Both the position numbers and the translations under genes were made by a program. This document shows, in pieces, positions 1 to 9,813 of a stretch of 64,000 nt of DNA. The notes beneath the pieces are model-generated. The model worked only from the letters and a program-made list of their open reading frames with translations, was not told the origin of the DNA and did not search any database. This stretch comes from an uncultured Spirochaetota bacterium (GTDB taxonomy: Bacteria; Spirochaetota; Brevinematia; Brevinematales; JAOACQ01), in assembly GCA_963835575.1 (NCBI GenBank), contig CAWIGG010000006.1, positions 32,001-96,000 of the forward strand, read 5' to 3'. Each line of letters begins with the position of its first letter. Position 1 is the stretch's first letter.

Positions 1-2
1 TG

Positions 3-1040
3 ATGAAAAAGTTTTGTCTGCTGTTTATTTTTTTATGTTTGAGCCTGTCCTATTCGGAGGATTTGATCTCCATAAACGCTGTCGGCGATGTCATGATCGG
101 CACGCTCTATCCTGTTAAGATGCTTCCTCCGGAAGAAGGCGCCAGCGCATTTAAGTTCGTCAGGCCTTATCTGACCAATGAGGCGCCGGATATTGTCATG
201 GGCAACCTGGAAGGCACCATTACGCATTACACATATACGCATAAAGATGTCGCTTCCGGCAGGTACTGGGCTTTCCGAATGCCGCCGGAATCAGTTCATT
301 ATTTTAAGGACGCCGGATTTACCGTGCTCACGATGGCCAATAACCATGCCTACGATTTTGAGGAAGCGGGATATAACGAAACAAGGAGCCTGCTGGATTC
401 TGTCGGGATCCGCTATGCCGGCAAACCGGGCGAGTACCTTCAGCTTGAAATAAAAGGCAAAAAAGTGGCCGTCGTACCGTTCAGCTACTTTGATTCATCC
501 AACAATCATCTTCATATTGAGGAATCGATGGCGTTCATCAGGCGTGTTAAAGCCACCAATGATATCATCATCATATCTTTTCATGGCGGCGCGGAGGGGG
601 AAAAAGCCCTGCATATCAGGAACGAGCTTGAATACCACTGGGGTGAAAAAAGGGGAAGGCTGATAGAATTCAGCCATAAGGCAATTGATAACGGCGCCGA
701 TCTCATCATCGGCAGCGGGCCGCATGTTCCCCGGGCCATGGAGATATACAAGGGAAAACTGATCGCCTATTCGCTTGGTAATTTTGCCACTTATACAATG
801 GGAGCGAAAGGTCATGTCAAATATTCCCTTATTCTCAATGCCAAATTGGATTTAAACGGGGATTTTAATTCCGGCAGGATCATTCCCCTGATGCAGTTCG
901 AAAGCGGGGAGTATAAGGCGCTGCCTTATTATGACGAGCAGAAAAGGAGCGTTTTTCTGATCCGGGACCTGTCCAGCCAGGATATTAAGAATAACCCCAT
1001 CCGGATTTCAGACGATGGGATCATCAGTAAAATTCAATAA
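3..1040 (+). CDS. CapA-family (PGA_cap) metallophosphoesterase-like exported protein
   Basis: Signal peptide; motifs AVGDVM, GNLEG, ANNHAYD, SFHGG, GPHVP, YSLGNF typical of CapA family. Confidence 0.9.
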   Translation: MKKFCLLFIFLCLSLSYSEDLISINAVGDVMIGTLYPVKMLPPEEGASAFKFVRPYLTNEAPDIVMGNLEGTITHYTYTHKDVASGRYWAFRMPPESVHYFKDAGFTVLTMANNHAYDFEEAGYNETRSLLDSVGIRYAGKPGEYLQLEIKGKKVAVVPFSYFDSSNNHLHIEESMAFIRRVKATNDIIIISFHGGAEGEKALHIRNELEYHWGEKRGRLIEFSHKAIDNGADLIIGSGPHVPRAMEIYKGKLIAYSLGNFATYTMGAKGHVKYSLILNAKLDLNGDFNSGRIIPLMQFESGEYKALPYYDEQKRSVFLIRDLSSQDIKNNPIRISDDGIISKIQ

Positions 1041-1116
1041 ATAATGAAAGAGCCGCTCAAAATGCGGAAAATCAAGCATTTTGATTCAAGTTCCCATGTT
1101 TATTAAAGGAAAAATA

Positions 1117-2151
1117 ATGAAAAGCATGATTATAATGCTCTTATTAACAACATCCGCATTGTTTGCTGAAACAAATATAATCATTAATGCCGTGGGCGAT
1201 ACGATGATCGGCACGCTCTATCCGGTCAAGCTCCTGCCGCCTGATCATGGAAAGGCCGCCCTGAATTTCGTCAGGCCTTATCTGACAAACGGGAACCCTG
1301 ATATCCTTATCGCCAATCTGGAAGGAGCGGCGACTTATTACAATAAGACTTTAAAGGATGTAAGCACGGGCAGGAGCTTTGCCTTCCAGATGCCGCCGGG
1401 CTATCTGAAATACCTGAAAGAAGCCGGCTTCAACGCCGTCAATACGGCCAACAACCATGCCCTGGATTTCGGTGAAAGGGGTTTTTCAGACACAAGGAAA
1501 TATCTCGATTTTGTCGGCATCAAATATACAGGCGCTAAAAATGAGGTTTTACAGCTCCGCATCAAGGGCAGAAAAATCGCTATTATCGGATTTACTTGGT
1601 TTGATTTTTCCAATAATATTCTTAAACTGGAAGAATGCGTCCCGTTTATCAAAGCGGTTTCGCTTTCTAATGATATTGTCATTATTGAGGTCCATGGAGG
1701 AAGCGAGGGCGAGCCGGCCCTTCATCTGACAAACACAATGGAATATTTTGGCGGCAATCCCCGCGGCAATATGGTCCGGTTCGCCCATCTGGCGGTGGAC
1801 AACGGAGCCGATCTTATCATAGGGCATAGTCCGCATGTCCCGAGGGCGATGGAATTGTATAAAAATAAGTTAATCGCTTATTCATTGGGAAATTTTGTGA
1901 CATACAGCAAATTCATCACTTCCGGTTCAAGGAAGTTCGGTTTGATACTCAATGTATCATTAAATGAAAAAGGAGATTTTATCTCAGGCAGGATTATTCC
2001 TCTCATTCAATTTACAGACGGGATTTATAAGGGAATACCGAAATATGATGAAAAAGGTAATGTGATCAAATTGATAAGAAAGCTCTCCGGGGAGGATATT
2101 AAAAACAATCCTCTCATCATCGAAAAAGACGGGACAATGATGAGAAATTAA
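1117..2151 (+). CDS. CapA-family protein, tandem paralog
   Basis: Same motif set (AVGDTM, ANLEG, ANNHALD, EVHGG, HSPHVP, YSLGNF); ATG 1117 preceded by AAGGA. Confidence 0.9.
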   Translation: MKSMIIMLLLTTSALFAETNIIINAVGDTMIGTLYPVKLLPPDHGKAALNFVRPYLTNGNPDILIANLEGAATYYNKTLKDVSTGRSFAFQMPPGYLKYLKEAGFNAVNTANNHALDFGERGFSDTRKYLDFVGIKYTGAKNEVLQLRIKGRKIAIIGFTWFDFSNNILKLEECVPFIKAVSLSNDIVIIEVHGGSEGEPALHLTNTMEYFGGNPRGNMVRFAHLAVDNGADLIIGHSPHVPRAMELYKNKLIAYSLGNFVTYSKFITSGSRKFGLILNVSLNEKGDFISGRIIPLIQFTDGIYKGIPKYDEKGNVIKLIRKLSGEDIKNNPLIIEKDGTMMRN

Positions 2152-2201
2152 AAAATTATGAACTTCAGGTTTTGTATTTTATAATATAACAGGAGTAAAA
2201 A

Positions 2202-3287
2202 ATGAGATTACTATCTTTTCTGGCAGTATTAACTGTGATTTTAAGCTTGAAAGGCTTTTCAATTGAATTAAAGCTTTTAAAAACATTCCCGGAAGCCGAG
2301 GCCCCGAAATCCGTCGTTGTGTCGCCGGACGGGAAATACGCGGCTGTGATGAACCTGGAGGGGCTGAATTTCTGGCTGATCGATACGCAAACCTTAAAAA
2401 TAAAAGAAAAGGTCCAATTTACCCGGACACCGGCGAAAGGCTGGGATTATCAGAATAAAAAGCCGATAAACTCATTCGCCGAAAAGCCGGTTGAATGCGA
2501 TTTTTCAGACGGCGGCAGGTATCTTTGGGTCTCTTTTCATAACGGTGCGGATGTGGTCCGTTATGATATAACACATGCGGAATATACAAACGGCGGGGAC
2601 CTGCAGAAAGCGAAAGTATTTGATTATGAGGGAAAAACCAATTATATCACATTCATGCCCAAAATCAAAGTCGGTAAAACACCCAAGGTAATAAAAGTGA
2701 CTCCTGACGGAAAATACATACTGGTGGCGAACTGGCATTCCAGTTCCGTCAGCGTTATTGATCCGGCGCTTATGAAGAATATAATAGACATCAAGCTGGG
2801 CGGTAAAAACACCTATATTCCGAGGGGAATTGCCGTGGCCCCGGACTCGAAAACAGCTTATATTGCCAACATGGGCGGCGGGACGATCAGCTATCTGGAT
2901 CTTGCCGGTCTTCAGGTGATAAAGGATATCCCAGTTTCGCCCAATCCTAGGCATATTGTGCTGTCAAAGGACGGGAAATATCTTTATGTGTCGGAAAACG
3001 CGAACGGCATGGTTCTGAAGTTTAATCTGGAAACAGGCAAGGTGGAAAAAAGAGTGGAGGTCGGATCACAGGCCAGGACAATTGAAGTCACTCCCGACGA
3101 GAAATATTTATTCGCTGCGGCTCATTATTCCGGCAAGGTGGTTGTGGTTGACCTGGGAACATTCAAGATTGTTAAATCGGTTGAAATGGAAAGACCGATG
3201 GGAATATCCGTTTCACCTGACGGGAAACAGCTCTGGGTTACCAGCTACCAGGGAGGGTTTGTCAGGGCTTATGAAATAACCGAATAA
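2202..3287 (+). CDS. YncE/YVTN-type beta-propeller exported protein
   Basis: Signal peptide; repeated P.gi.vsPDGK.lyV blades. Confidence 0.85.
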   Translation: MRLLSFLAVLTVILSLKGFSIELKLLKTFPEAEAPKSVVVSPDGKYAAVMNLEGLNFWLIDTQTLKIKEKVQFTRTPAKGWDYQNKKPINSFAEKPVECDFSDGGRYLWVSFHNGADVVRYDITHAEYTNGGDLQKAKVFDYEGKTNYITFMPKIKVGKTPKVIKVTPDGKYILVANWHSSSVSVIDPALMKNIIDIKLGGKNTYIPRGIAVAPDSKTAYIANMGGGTISYLDLAGLQVIKDIPVSPNPRHIVLSKDGKYLYVSENANGMVLKFNLETGKVEKRVEVGSQARTIEVTPDEKYLFAAAHYSGKVVVVDLGTFKIVKSVEMERPMGISVSPDGKQLWVTSYQGGFVRAYEITE

Positions 3288-3297
3288 GGAAATATTT

Positions 3298-4284
3298 ATG
3301 AAAATATCCGTTATCGGGGCGGGCGGTTGGGGCACAGCTCTTGCCATCCAGGCCGCGCAGAATAATGAGGTCCTGTTATGGGCTTTCAGCGAAGAAGAAG
3401 CCCGTCCTTTATTGACGAAAAAGGAAAATCCGGATTATCTTCCCGGGATTAAAATTCCGGGATCGGTTGAAATTTCCACTGATGAAAAAAAGGCTTCCGG
3501 AGCGGATATGCTGGTATTTGTTGTTCCTTCAAAATATTTAAGGAGCGTGGCTTTACGCTTTCAGCCGCATATAAAGCCTTCTCATATTATTGTCAGCGCG
3601 GCGAAGGGGCTTGAATTTCCGTCTGAAAAACGGATGAGCGAAGTTTTATCGGAAGTATTCCCGCATAATGGTATTGTGGTGATTTCCGGCCCATCCCATG
3701 CGGAAGAAGTGGCAAGAGGTGTGCCGACCAGTATCGTTGCCGCATCAAAAAACACGAATTTTGCTGAAACGGTTCAGAAGGCGTTTTCAACAGAAACGCT
3801 CAGGCTCTACCGGAACCAGGACATCATCGGCGTCGAGATAGCCGCCGCCGTAAAAAATGTGATCGCCATAGCGGCCGGTATACTGAGGGGCCTGGGCTTC
3901 GGCGACAATACAATGGCCGCGCTTATTACAAGAGGGCTGGCGGAGATCAGAAGGCTCGGCTTAAAGCTCGGCGCGAAAGAAGAGACATTTGCCGGACTGG
4001 CCGGTCTGGGCGATCTGATCGTGACCTGCATCAGCCGCTACAGCCGGAACGGGCGCGTCGGGGAAGAACTGGCCAAAGGGAAAAAAATAGGCGATATCGT
4101 ATCTTCAATGAGAATGGTCGCGGAGGGTGTTGAAACTGTTAAAACTCTGGTTCAGATGGAGCATGATTTTAATATAGAAATGCCGATATCTCATGCGGTG
4201 CATGATATTATAGAAGAGAGGCTTTCTCCGCTTGAGGCGCTGAAAAAACTCATGGCAAGGCCGCTGAAAGACGAATTTATCTAA
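3298..4284 (+). CDS. gpsA: NAD(P)H-dependent glycerol-3-phosphate dehydrogenase
   Basis: GAGGWGTALA, SGPSHAEEV, KNVIAIAAG, GLGDLIVTC, SRN motifs. Confidence 0.96.
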   Translation: MKISVIGAGGWGTALAIQAAQNNEVLLWAFSEEEARPLLTKKENPDYLPGIKIPGSVEISTDEKKASGADMLVFVVPSKYLRSVALRFQPHIKPSHIIVSAAKGLEFPSEKRMSEVLSEVFPHNGIVVISGPSHAEEVARGVPTSIVAASKNTNFAETVQKAFSTETLRLYRNQDIIGVEIAAAVKNVIAIAAGILRGLGFGDNTMAALITRGLAEIRRLGLKLGAKEETFAGLAGLGDLIVTCISRYSRNGRVGEELAKGKKIGDIVSSMRMVAEGVETVKTLVQMEHDFNIEMPISHAVHDIIEERLSPLEALKKLMARPLKDEFI

Positions 4285-4295
4285 AAGAGGGAAGA

Positions 4296-5090
4296 ATGAT
4301 AATAGTTATTGACATCGGCAATACCAATATCACATTCGGCGTGTTTAAGATCCAGGATATAAAGGAACAAAAGAATATTGAACCTCTGTTCTACGGTAAT
4401 ATTCAGACGGACAAGACTATGACTACAGATGAGCTGGCCATTCAGTATCTCAATTTAAAAAAACTCTGGGGCGTGGATGAAGCCGATTTTACAGGTAAAG
4501 TGATGGTTTCAAGCGTAGTGCCCCAGTTGAACTATCAATTCAGCCATATGTTCCAGAAATATTATCATACCGAACCCTATTTTGTCCGGACGGAGGATAT
4601 TCCTCTGGATGTCCATTATGATTATCCTGAAGAAATCGGCGCCGACAGGATTGTAAACGCTTATGCCGGCAGCCTGCTTTTCCCCCGGACCAATCTTATT
4701 ATAGTGGATTTCGGGACCGCGACAACCTTTGATATTATGTCTGAAGGCCGGGTTTATGAAGGCGGGCTGATTATGACCGGCATTATGACTTCCATCAGGG
4801 CTCTGGAAGAAAAAGCGTCAAAACTGCCGCATATTGATCTTTCTTTACCGTCGAACCTTATCGCCAAAAATACTGTGGACGGGATACGCTCCGGGATCAT
4901 TAATGGCAACGGGGCCATGGTGGATGAACTCACGAAACGGATCGCCAAAGAAATGAACTGGGTCAAGTATAAAGTGCTGGCTACGGGGGGCTTAAGTCAA
5001 TTGATAAAATCATCTTCACTGACAATCGATTTAATTGATCAGCATCTAACTTTAAAAGGCTTGTATTATTTATGGGATTTAAGGAAGTAA
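4296..5090 (+). CDS. coaX: Type III pantothenate kinase
   Basis: IDIGNTN, SSVVP, IGADR, VDFGTATTFD, ATGG motifs. Confidence 0.95.
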   Translation: MIIVIDIGNTNITFGVFKIQDIKEQKNIEPLFYGNIQTDKTMTTDELAIQYLNLKKLWGVDEADFTGKVMVSSVVPQLNYQFSHMFQKYYHTEPYFVRTEDIPLDVHYDYPEEIGADRIVNAYAGSLLFPRTNLIIVDFGTATTFDIMSEGRVYEGGLIMTGIMTSIRALEEKASKLPHIDLSLPSNLIAKNTVDGIRSGIINGNGAMVDELTKRIAKEMNWVKYKVLATGGLSQLIKSSSLTIDLIDQHLTLKGLYYLWDLRK

Positions 5091-6226
5091 CAACTTTATT
5101 TATTATTGCGGCCTGCATTTTTTTGTTTAAACCAAATTTGAGCAGAGGAGAGACTCTATCCTATATTACGCTTTCCTCATTTTGCCTCCAAAATCATATT
5201 GAATATAAATATAATATCAATTATAGTTTTATTGAGCTCAGCAAAATGACAAATTCGTTGAGGATCTATCTTACTCTGCCTTATATTGTCCATGGCGGAA
5301 ATGTCATTTATATGAAAGAGATATTGAAGATTAATTCAAAAGGCGATATTGAACTGCCGCCGGATTATACCGGTCAGATAGATCGGGTTCTGAATAAAGC
5401 AACCCCGGAAAAGGAAGCGACGAATTTAAAACCCCTGCCTTTGAGTAATGAAACCATAAAAAAAGATGACCTGACGAAAAAGAGTAATTATAATATCCAG
5501 GGTAATGAAAAAGGATTCAGCCCGATTGATACCATAATCATTGATCCCGGTCATGGGGGAAAGGACCCGGGAGGTCTGGGAGTTAACGGCATTAAGGAAA
5601 AGGAAATTGTGCTGGCAGTATCGAGGCTTCTTTATCAATTTTTGAAAAAAGACGGAAAATTAGGGCTTATTTTTACCAGAAAGGGTGATGAGTATGTGAC
5701 TTTGAAAGAAAGGACGGATATAACGGATAAACTGCTCAAGAAAGGAAAAAACCCTGTTTTTATCAGCATCCATGGAAATATATCGCTTAATAGAAATATT
5801 AAGGGGGTTGAGATTTATTCTCTTTCCGACAGGGCGACAGATGAAGAAGCTCTTTCGGTTGAAATGATAGAAAACGCGGGATTTTCTAAAAGCGATATTG
5901 ATAAAACGGAAGGATTTTATTTTATTATCACTGATTTATTGAAAGACGCGGTCAGAAGGCAGTCGGAACAGCTGGCGAAAGAAATAGGGAATTATATGCA
6001 CAAAACAACTTCTGCTGAAATAAGAGGCATAAAAAAGGCGAACTTTTATGTGTTAAAATACAGCAGTCTTCCCTCGGTTTTAGTAGAGATAGGTTTTCTG
6101 TCCCAATCGCAGGAAGCCAAAAAATTATTGAACCGTGAATATCAAAATAAAATCGCTCTGGGCATAAGCAATGGGATTATTGCTTTTATACATAAATATA
6201 ATGAAACAAGGGGTTTTACACAATGA
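5072..6226 (+). CDS. N-acetylmuramoyl-L-alanine amidase (Amidase_3)
   Basis: IDPGHGGKDPG, EKE, ISIH, LVEIGFLS motifs. Confidence 0.92.
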   Translation: MGFKEVTTLFIIAACIFLFKPNLSRGETLSYITLSSFCLQNHIEYKYNINYSFIELSKMTNSLRIYLTLPYIVHGGNVIYMKEILKINSKGDIELPPDYTGQIDRVLNKATPEKEATNLKPLPLSNETIKKDDLTKKSNYNIQGNEKGFSPIDTIIIDPGHGGKDPGGLGVNGIKEKEIVLAVSRLLYQFLKKDGKLGLIFTRKGDEYVTLKERTDITDKLLKKGKNPVFISIHGNISLNRNIKGVEIYSLSDRATDEEALSVEMIENAGFSKSDIDKTEGFYFIITDLLKDAVRRQSEQLAKEIGNYMHKTTSAEIRGIKKANFYVLKYSSLPSVLVEIGFLSQSQEAKKLLNREYQNKIALGISNGIIAFIHKYNETRGFTQ

Positions 6227-6744
6227 GTACTAATAAAAAAGTCCATTTGATCATCATTGCGGGCATTCTTATTTTTGCCATAATAGCGATTCTTTTAACA
6301 ATTATCATTTCTTTCAGCAGGCCTGCCTATACTTTCTATTACCCTGATAAAGATTTAAAATCTTTAAAATCCGAAAAGAGAAACATTGAGCATAGCGATA
6401 AAAAAAATATAACAGATGAAGAACGAATTGTCAGGGAATATCTGCTTGGGCCTATTCAGTATGATTTGAAGCTGCCTCTTGATGATAAAGTTTTATTAAA
6501 AGACTTCTGGTTTATCGATAATCCGAAAAAAGTCGCGGTAATCCTCAGTTTTAATAATGTGTTTGAACAGTTTGTTATGACGAAAAATGATTCTGCATGG
6601 TGGCTGATCAACGGACTTGTTGAAACAATTAAAGCCAACACAAAAATCGAGAAACTTTATATTTTAGTCGACGGAAAGCCGTTCAGGAAAAAAGTCGGCA
6701 GCTGGAATCTGGGGTATGCAGTGCTCATCCGTACTAAAAAATAA
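6223..6744 (+). CDS. Membrane-anchored GerMN-like protein
   Basis: N-terminal TM; LLGP and C-terminal ILVDGK motifs; overlaps amidase stop. Confidence 0.55.
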   Translation: MSTNKKVHLIIIAGILIFAIIAILLTIIISFSRPAYTFYYPDKDLKSLKSEKRNIEHSDKKNITDEERIVREYLLGPIQYDLKLPLDDKVLLKDFWFIDNPKKVAVILSFNNVFEQFVMTKNDSAWWLINGLVETIKANTKIEKLYILVDGKPFRKKVGSWNLGYAVLIRTKK

Positions 6745-6867
6745 ATATTTTCCTCTATTAAACTTTTAAAGGTCTGTTTCCGATTATAATGATAACTTAA
6801 AAGGCAGAACGGCTCTATTGGTAATATCGGCCGGTCTTTTAAATACATTAGTTTTTTGAAAAAAATA

Positions 6868-6895
6868 TTGACATATTTAAAATTAGTTATAAAAT
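6868..6895 (+). promoter_or_regulatory. Sigma70-type promoter of flaA
   Basis: TTGACA-16 nt-TAAAAT upstream of AAGGAG RBS. Confidence 0.6.
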
Positions 6896-6938
6896 AATTG
6901 CTATACGGAAATGAATTATTTTTTTAAAGGAGTGATAT

Positions 6939-7970
6939 ATGATGAAAGGAGTTTTGTGGTTTTTCGTAAGCTTATTTTTAATGATCAGTTCAGTTTCTTT
7001 CTCTGCTGTTAAAAAAATGCTGATTGACTTCAATGTATATGATCAAAATATAGGTCAGGTGGCTGAGAAAGATAATAAGATCCATGCTGATATGGTGACT
7101 AAGGGCAAGGCGATTGACCTGAGCCAGTACGGCTATCCACAGGTTGAGTTTACCGGGTCCGACTGGGCGGTTGACAAGTGGAGGATTATACTGGCATCTT
7201 CTGCCAATACCGTCAGGAACAATGTGCTTTCCTATACTCAAAAAGTTCCCAGCAAAAAGTTCGGCGACGTGCTGGGCTGCAGGATCCATTTCATTGAAGG
7301 CAGATTTTTATCCTGGGCAGTCATTGAGCCGCCATTTGATTTCTATCCTTATTATGACGACGGTTCAGATGTGAACGTGAATGATTCCAAGGAAGAAAAC
7401 AGTCTGGTAACGGGCATCCTGATGAATGTCGGACAGATTAAGTCCGTTTCTGCATGGATTTATGGGCTTAATTATCAGATGCAGGCAAGCGTCCGCATCC
7501 GCGACAGGAATGATATAGTTCAGGATTATTTTATGGGTTCTGTATTCTATGACGGCTGGAGAAAGCTGGTCTGGACAAATCCGGATTATACAGACCAGAT
7601 CCAGGACAGGGTTTTACAGAGAGTTGCTCTTTATCCAAAGAGTTATCCTTTTGTCGCTTTTGATTCCTTTGCCGTATATAAACCCGAAATGGAAAAGGGC
7701 GGCGATTTTGTGATTTACTTCAAAGATGTTGAAGTGGAATATGATAGAGCGATCATCCGTGAAGAGCTTGATATTGAAGATGAGGCCGCATGGGGTATCT
7801 TGGCCGCTGAAAGATTAAAGAAAAGGGTTAGTGACCTCAGAACTATCGGCGAAAAGATTTATCTCTACAAACAGGAAGAGAAGAGGCAGAAAGCCGCTAC
7901 TGACCAGAACGCTCCTACAAAAACAACGACGCCTACTACACCAACTACCACAACTTCTACAAACAAATAA
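6939..7970 (+). CDS. flaA: Flagellar filament outer layer (sheath) protein FlaA
   Basis: Signal peptide; LIDF, VLGCRIHF, NVGQIKSV, DGWRKLVWTNPDY, DFVIYFKDV and DIEDE..WGI match spirochaete FlaA. Confidence 0.9.
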   Translation: MMKGVLWFFVSLFLMISSVSFSAVKKMLIDFNVYDQNIGQVAEKDNKIHADMVTKGKAIDLSQYGYPQVEFTGSDWAVDKWRIILASSANTVRNNVLSYTQKVPSKKFGDVLGCRIHFIEGRFLSWAVIEPPFDFYPYYDDGSDVNVNDSKEENSLVTGILMNVGQIKSVSAWIYGLNYQMQASVRIRDRNDIVQDYFMGSVFYDGWRKLVWTNPDYTDQIQDRVLQRVALYPKSYPFVAFDSFAVYKPEMEKGGDFVIYFKDVEVEYDRAIIREELDIEDEAAWGILAAERLKKRVSDLRTIGEKIYLYKQEEKRQKAATDQNAPTKTTTPTTPTTTTSTNK

Positions 7971-8016
7971 AGGGCCGCCGGCAGTTTTGTTAACTTAAAG
8001 CGAGAGAAAGTTTTAT

Positions 8017-8057
8017 AATAAATAGGGGGATGAGCATGGCTCATCCCCCTATTTATT
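8017..8057. terminator. Bidirectional intrinsic terminator between flaA and the convergent maf-like gene
   Basis: 19-bp perfect stem AATAAATAGGGGGATGAGC / GCTCATCCCCCTATTTATT with 3-nt loop. Confidence 0.8.
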
Positions 8058-9793
8058 TATTGCAGTAATAATCTTTTCTTTATAATCCGCTGCAAATAGA
8101 ATAATCCGTCAAAAGCTTCTTCATACAATTTATTCCAGGCTTCTAACAGGTCCGGGGAAAGCGATTCATGCTCTTGTGTTTCAAGAATTCTCTCTATTGA
8201 ATCCTGCATGGTAAATTCAATCAGCCGTGCTAATAGAGATTGGCCCTGAATGCATTTAAGGAAAATCTGATCAAAATCCGACATGGCTTTAAATTCAGAT
8301 GTCAGTTGTTTTTTTAAATGGTATTTCCTGAGAGCCGAACGGGAAGCCTCGGAGGCTTTTTTTGAAAAGATTATCTGATGGTCTATTTCATTTCCAATTT
8401 CTTTTAATATATCAATATAACCGGCTTCATCTTTTGATTGGAATTCAGTTTTAAAATTTTTATTAAGAACCGGAAGGCTTTTTATCTGAAGCAAAGCTTC
8501 TTTTAAAGGGATATGTTTCGCGCCTTTTATTAAAGCGCCGCCCTCGGTCGAATTGATCACTTCAGCGTTCGTGAATTGGATTTCCTTCTGGAACCAATCC
8601 AGAAAAGTCAGAAACTTCCTGTCCGTAGCGGCTTTTGTGTTATTCCAGCCGTCGATTTCAATCCTGTCGGAGAGTAAAAGCATTTTGGAATTATATGCCT
8701 CATAGGTCTGAAAGCGGTTTATTTTATAATAGAGGAATTCTTCGAGTATACTGCCTTTAATATGGGTATGTTTTTTGGAATAGGCAAGGTCCTGGCCGAT
8801 AAAAATTATGGGATCGCATTTTAAATAACGGGCTAGATCAAAAGCAGTGGTAGAAACAGAACCTCCGCAGAGAAGGCTGCCTTTTTCTCCCCAGAATTGC
8901 TTTAATTCGTTATAAAATGGAAAAATTGTGTCAAAGAAGTAAGTGTTTGATGGATTATATTTCAATAGGCCGAGAAAAGATGCGGCGGAATCCATTACGA
9001 GGGCCGTTTTGTTATTGAATGCATAAAGAAGATAGAACATGTTTTTATCCTGAGGGTCGACACTGATGACAAAATCGGCCTGAATGCCATGCCCGCAGAG
9101 GTTCGCATAGGCCGTATCCGTGGAAATGATGACAACTTTATCCATATATTCTTTTAAAATCTCAATATTTTTGGATAGCGATGGGCCGGCCCCTATAATG
9201 ACAGCCGGTTTTTTTTCAAAATTGTGCCTGATATCAATAATTCCCGGAGTTTTAAAATAAAACAAAGAATTTTTTATTGTGTTTTTGAGCCAGACCTTCT
9301 GGAATCTTTTTAAAGTGGCTTTGTTTATATTCTTTTTAGAAAGATAGGCGATTAATATTCCTTCCAGTGAAGAATAAATTTCCGGAAAGAGTGTGTAATA
9401 GGGGCGGTGAATATAAAAACTCAGTTCTTTAATGGAGTTTTTATCCAGGAAATCAATGATGCCTGAAATATCATATTTTATTAAATGCACGCGGGGATTC
9501 GAAAAAAGTCGGGCGCTATTCCCGGTCTCCTCTGAAAATTGAAGGATTTCATCAGAATGCTCAAAAACGATTATATTGAATTGAGTATTTTCGAGGAGAT
9601 ATTCTACAATATAACCAAGGCCGAAACCGGCTATCAATATCCAGTTCAGTGATGAATTGAACCGGGTAGTAATCCTTCTGGCTTCTTCAAAAGGCCGGGA
9701 CGAATGAAGCGTAATAATTTTGCCGTTTCTTGATATACGCGCGTTTATGAGCCCTTCGGGAGTGTTAAATTTTTCTATTTTTAAAGTGTTCAT
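8057..9793 (-). CDS. Motility-associated factor (Maf/DUF115) glycosyltransferase-family protein
   Basis: GFGLGY; IIGAGPSLSKN; GGSVST; IFIGQDLAY; INSTEGGALIKG. Confidence 0.88.
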   Translation of the reverse strand: MNTLKIEKFNTPEGLINARISRNGKIITLHSSRPFEEARRITTRFNSSLNWILIAGFGLGYIVEYLLENTQFNIIVFEHSDEILQFSEETGNSARLFSNPRVHLIKYDISGIIDFLDKNSIKELSFYIHRPYYTLFPEIYSSLEGILIAYLSKKNINKATLKRFQKVWLKNTIKNSLFYFKTPGIIDIRHNFEKKPAVIIGAGPSLSKNIEILKEYMDKVVIISTDTAYANLCGHGIQADFVISVDPQDKNMFYLLYAFNNKTALVMDSAASFLGLLKYNPSNTYFFDTIFPFYNELKQFWGEKGSLLCGGSVSTTAFDLARYLKCDPIIFIGQDLAYSKKHTHIKGSILEEFLYYKINRFQTYEAYNSKMLLLSDRIEIDGWNNTKAATDRKFLTFLDWFQKEIQFTNAEVINSTEGGALIKGAKHIPLKEALLQIKSLPVLNKNFKTEFQSKDEAGYIDILKEIGNEIDHQIIFSKKASEASRSALRKYHLKKQLTSEFKAMSDFDQIFLKCIQGQSLLARLIEFTMQDSIERILETQEHESLSPDLLEAWNKLYEEAFDGLFYLQRIIKKRLLLQ

Positions 9794-9813
9794 ATTCTTA
9801 ATAAGCTCCTCCG

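Noticed and set aside
6759..6786. Sigma28-like promoter upstream of flaA (TAAA-N16-TCCGATTA)
   Set aside because: Weak match in AT-rich DNA; a better sigma70 promoter lies closer to the gene.
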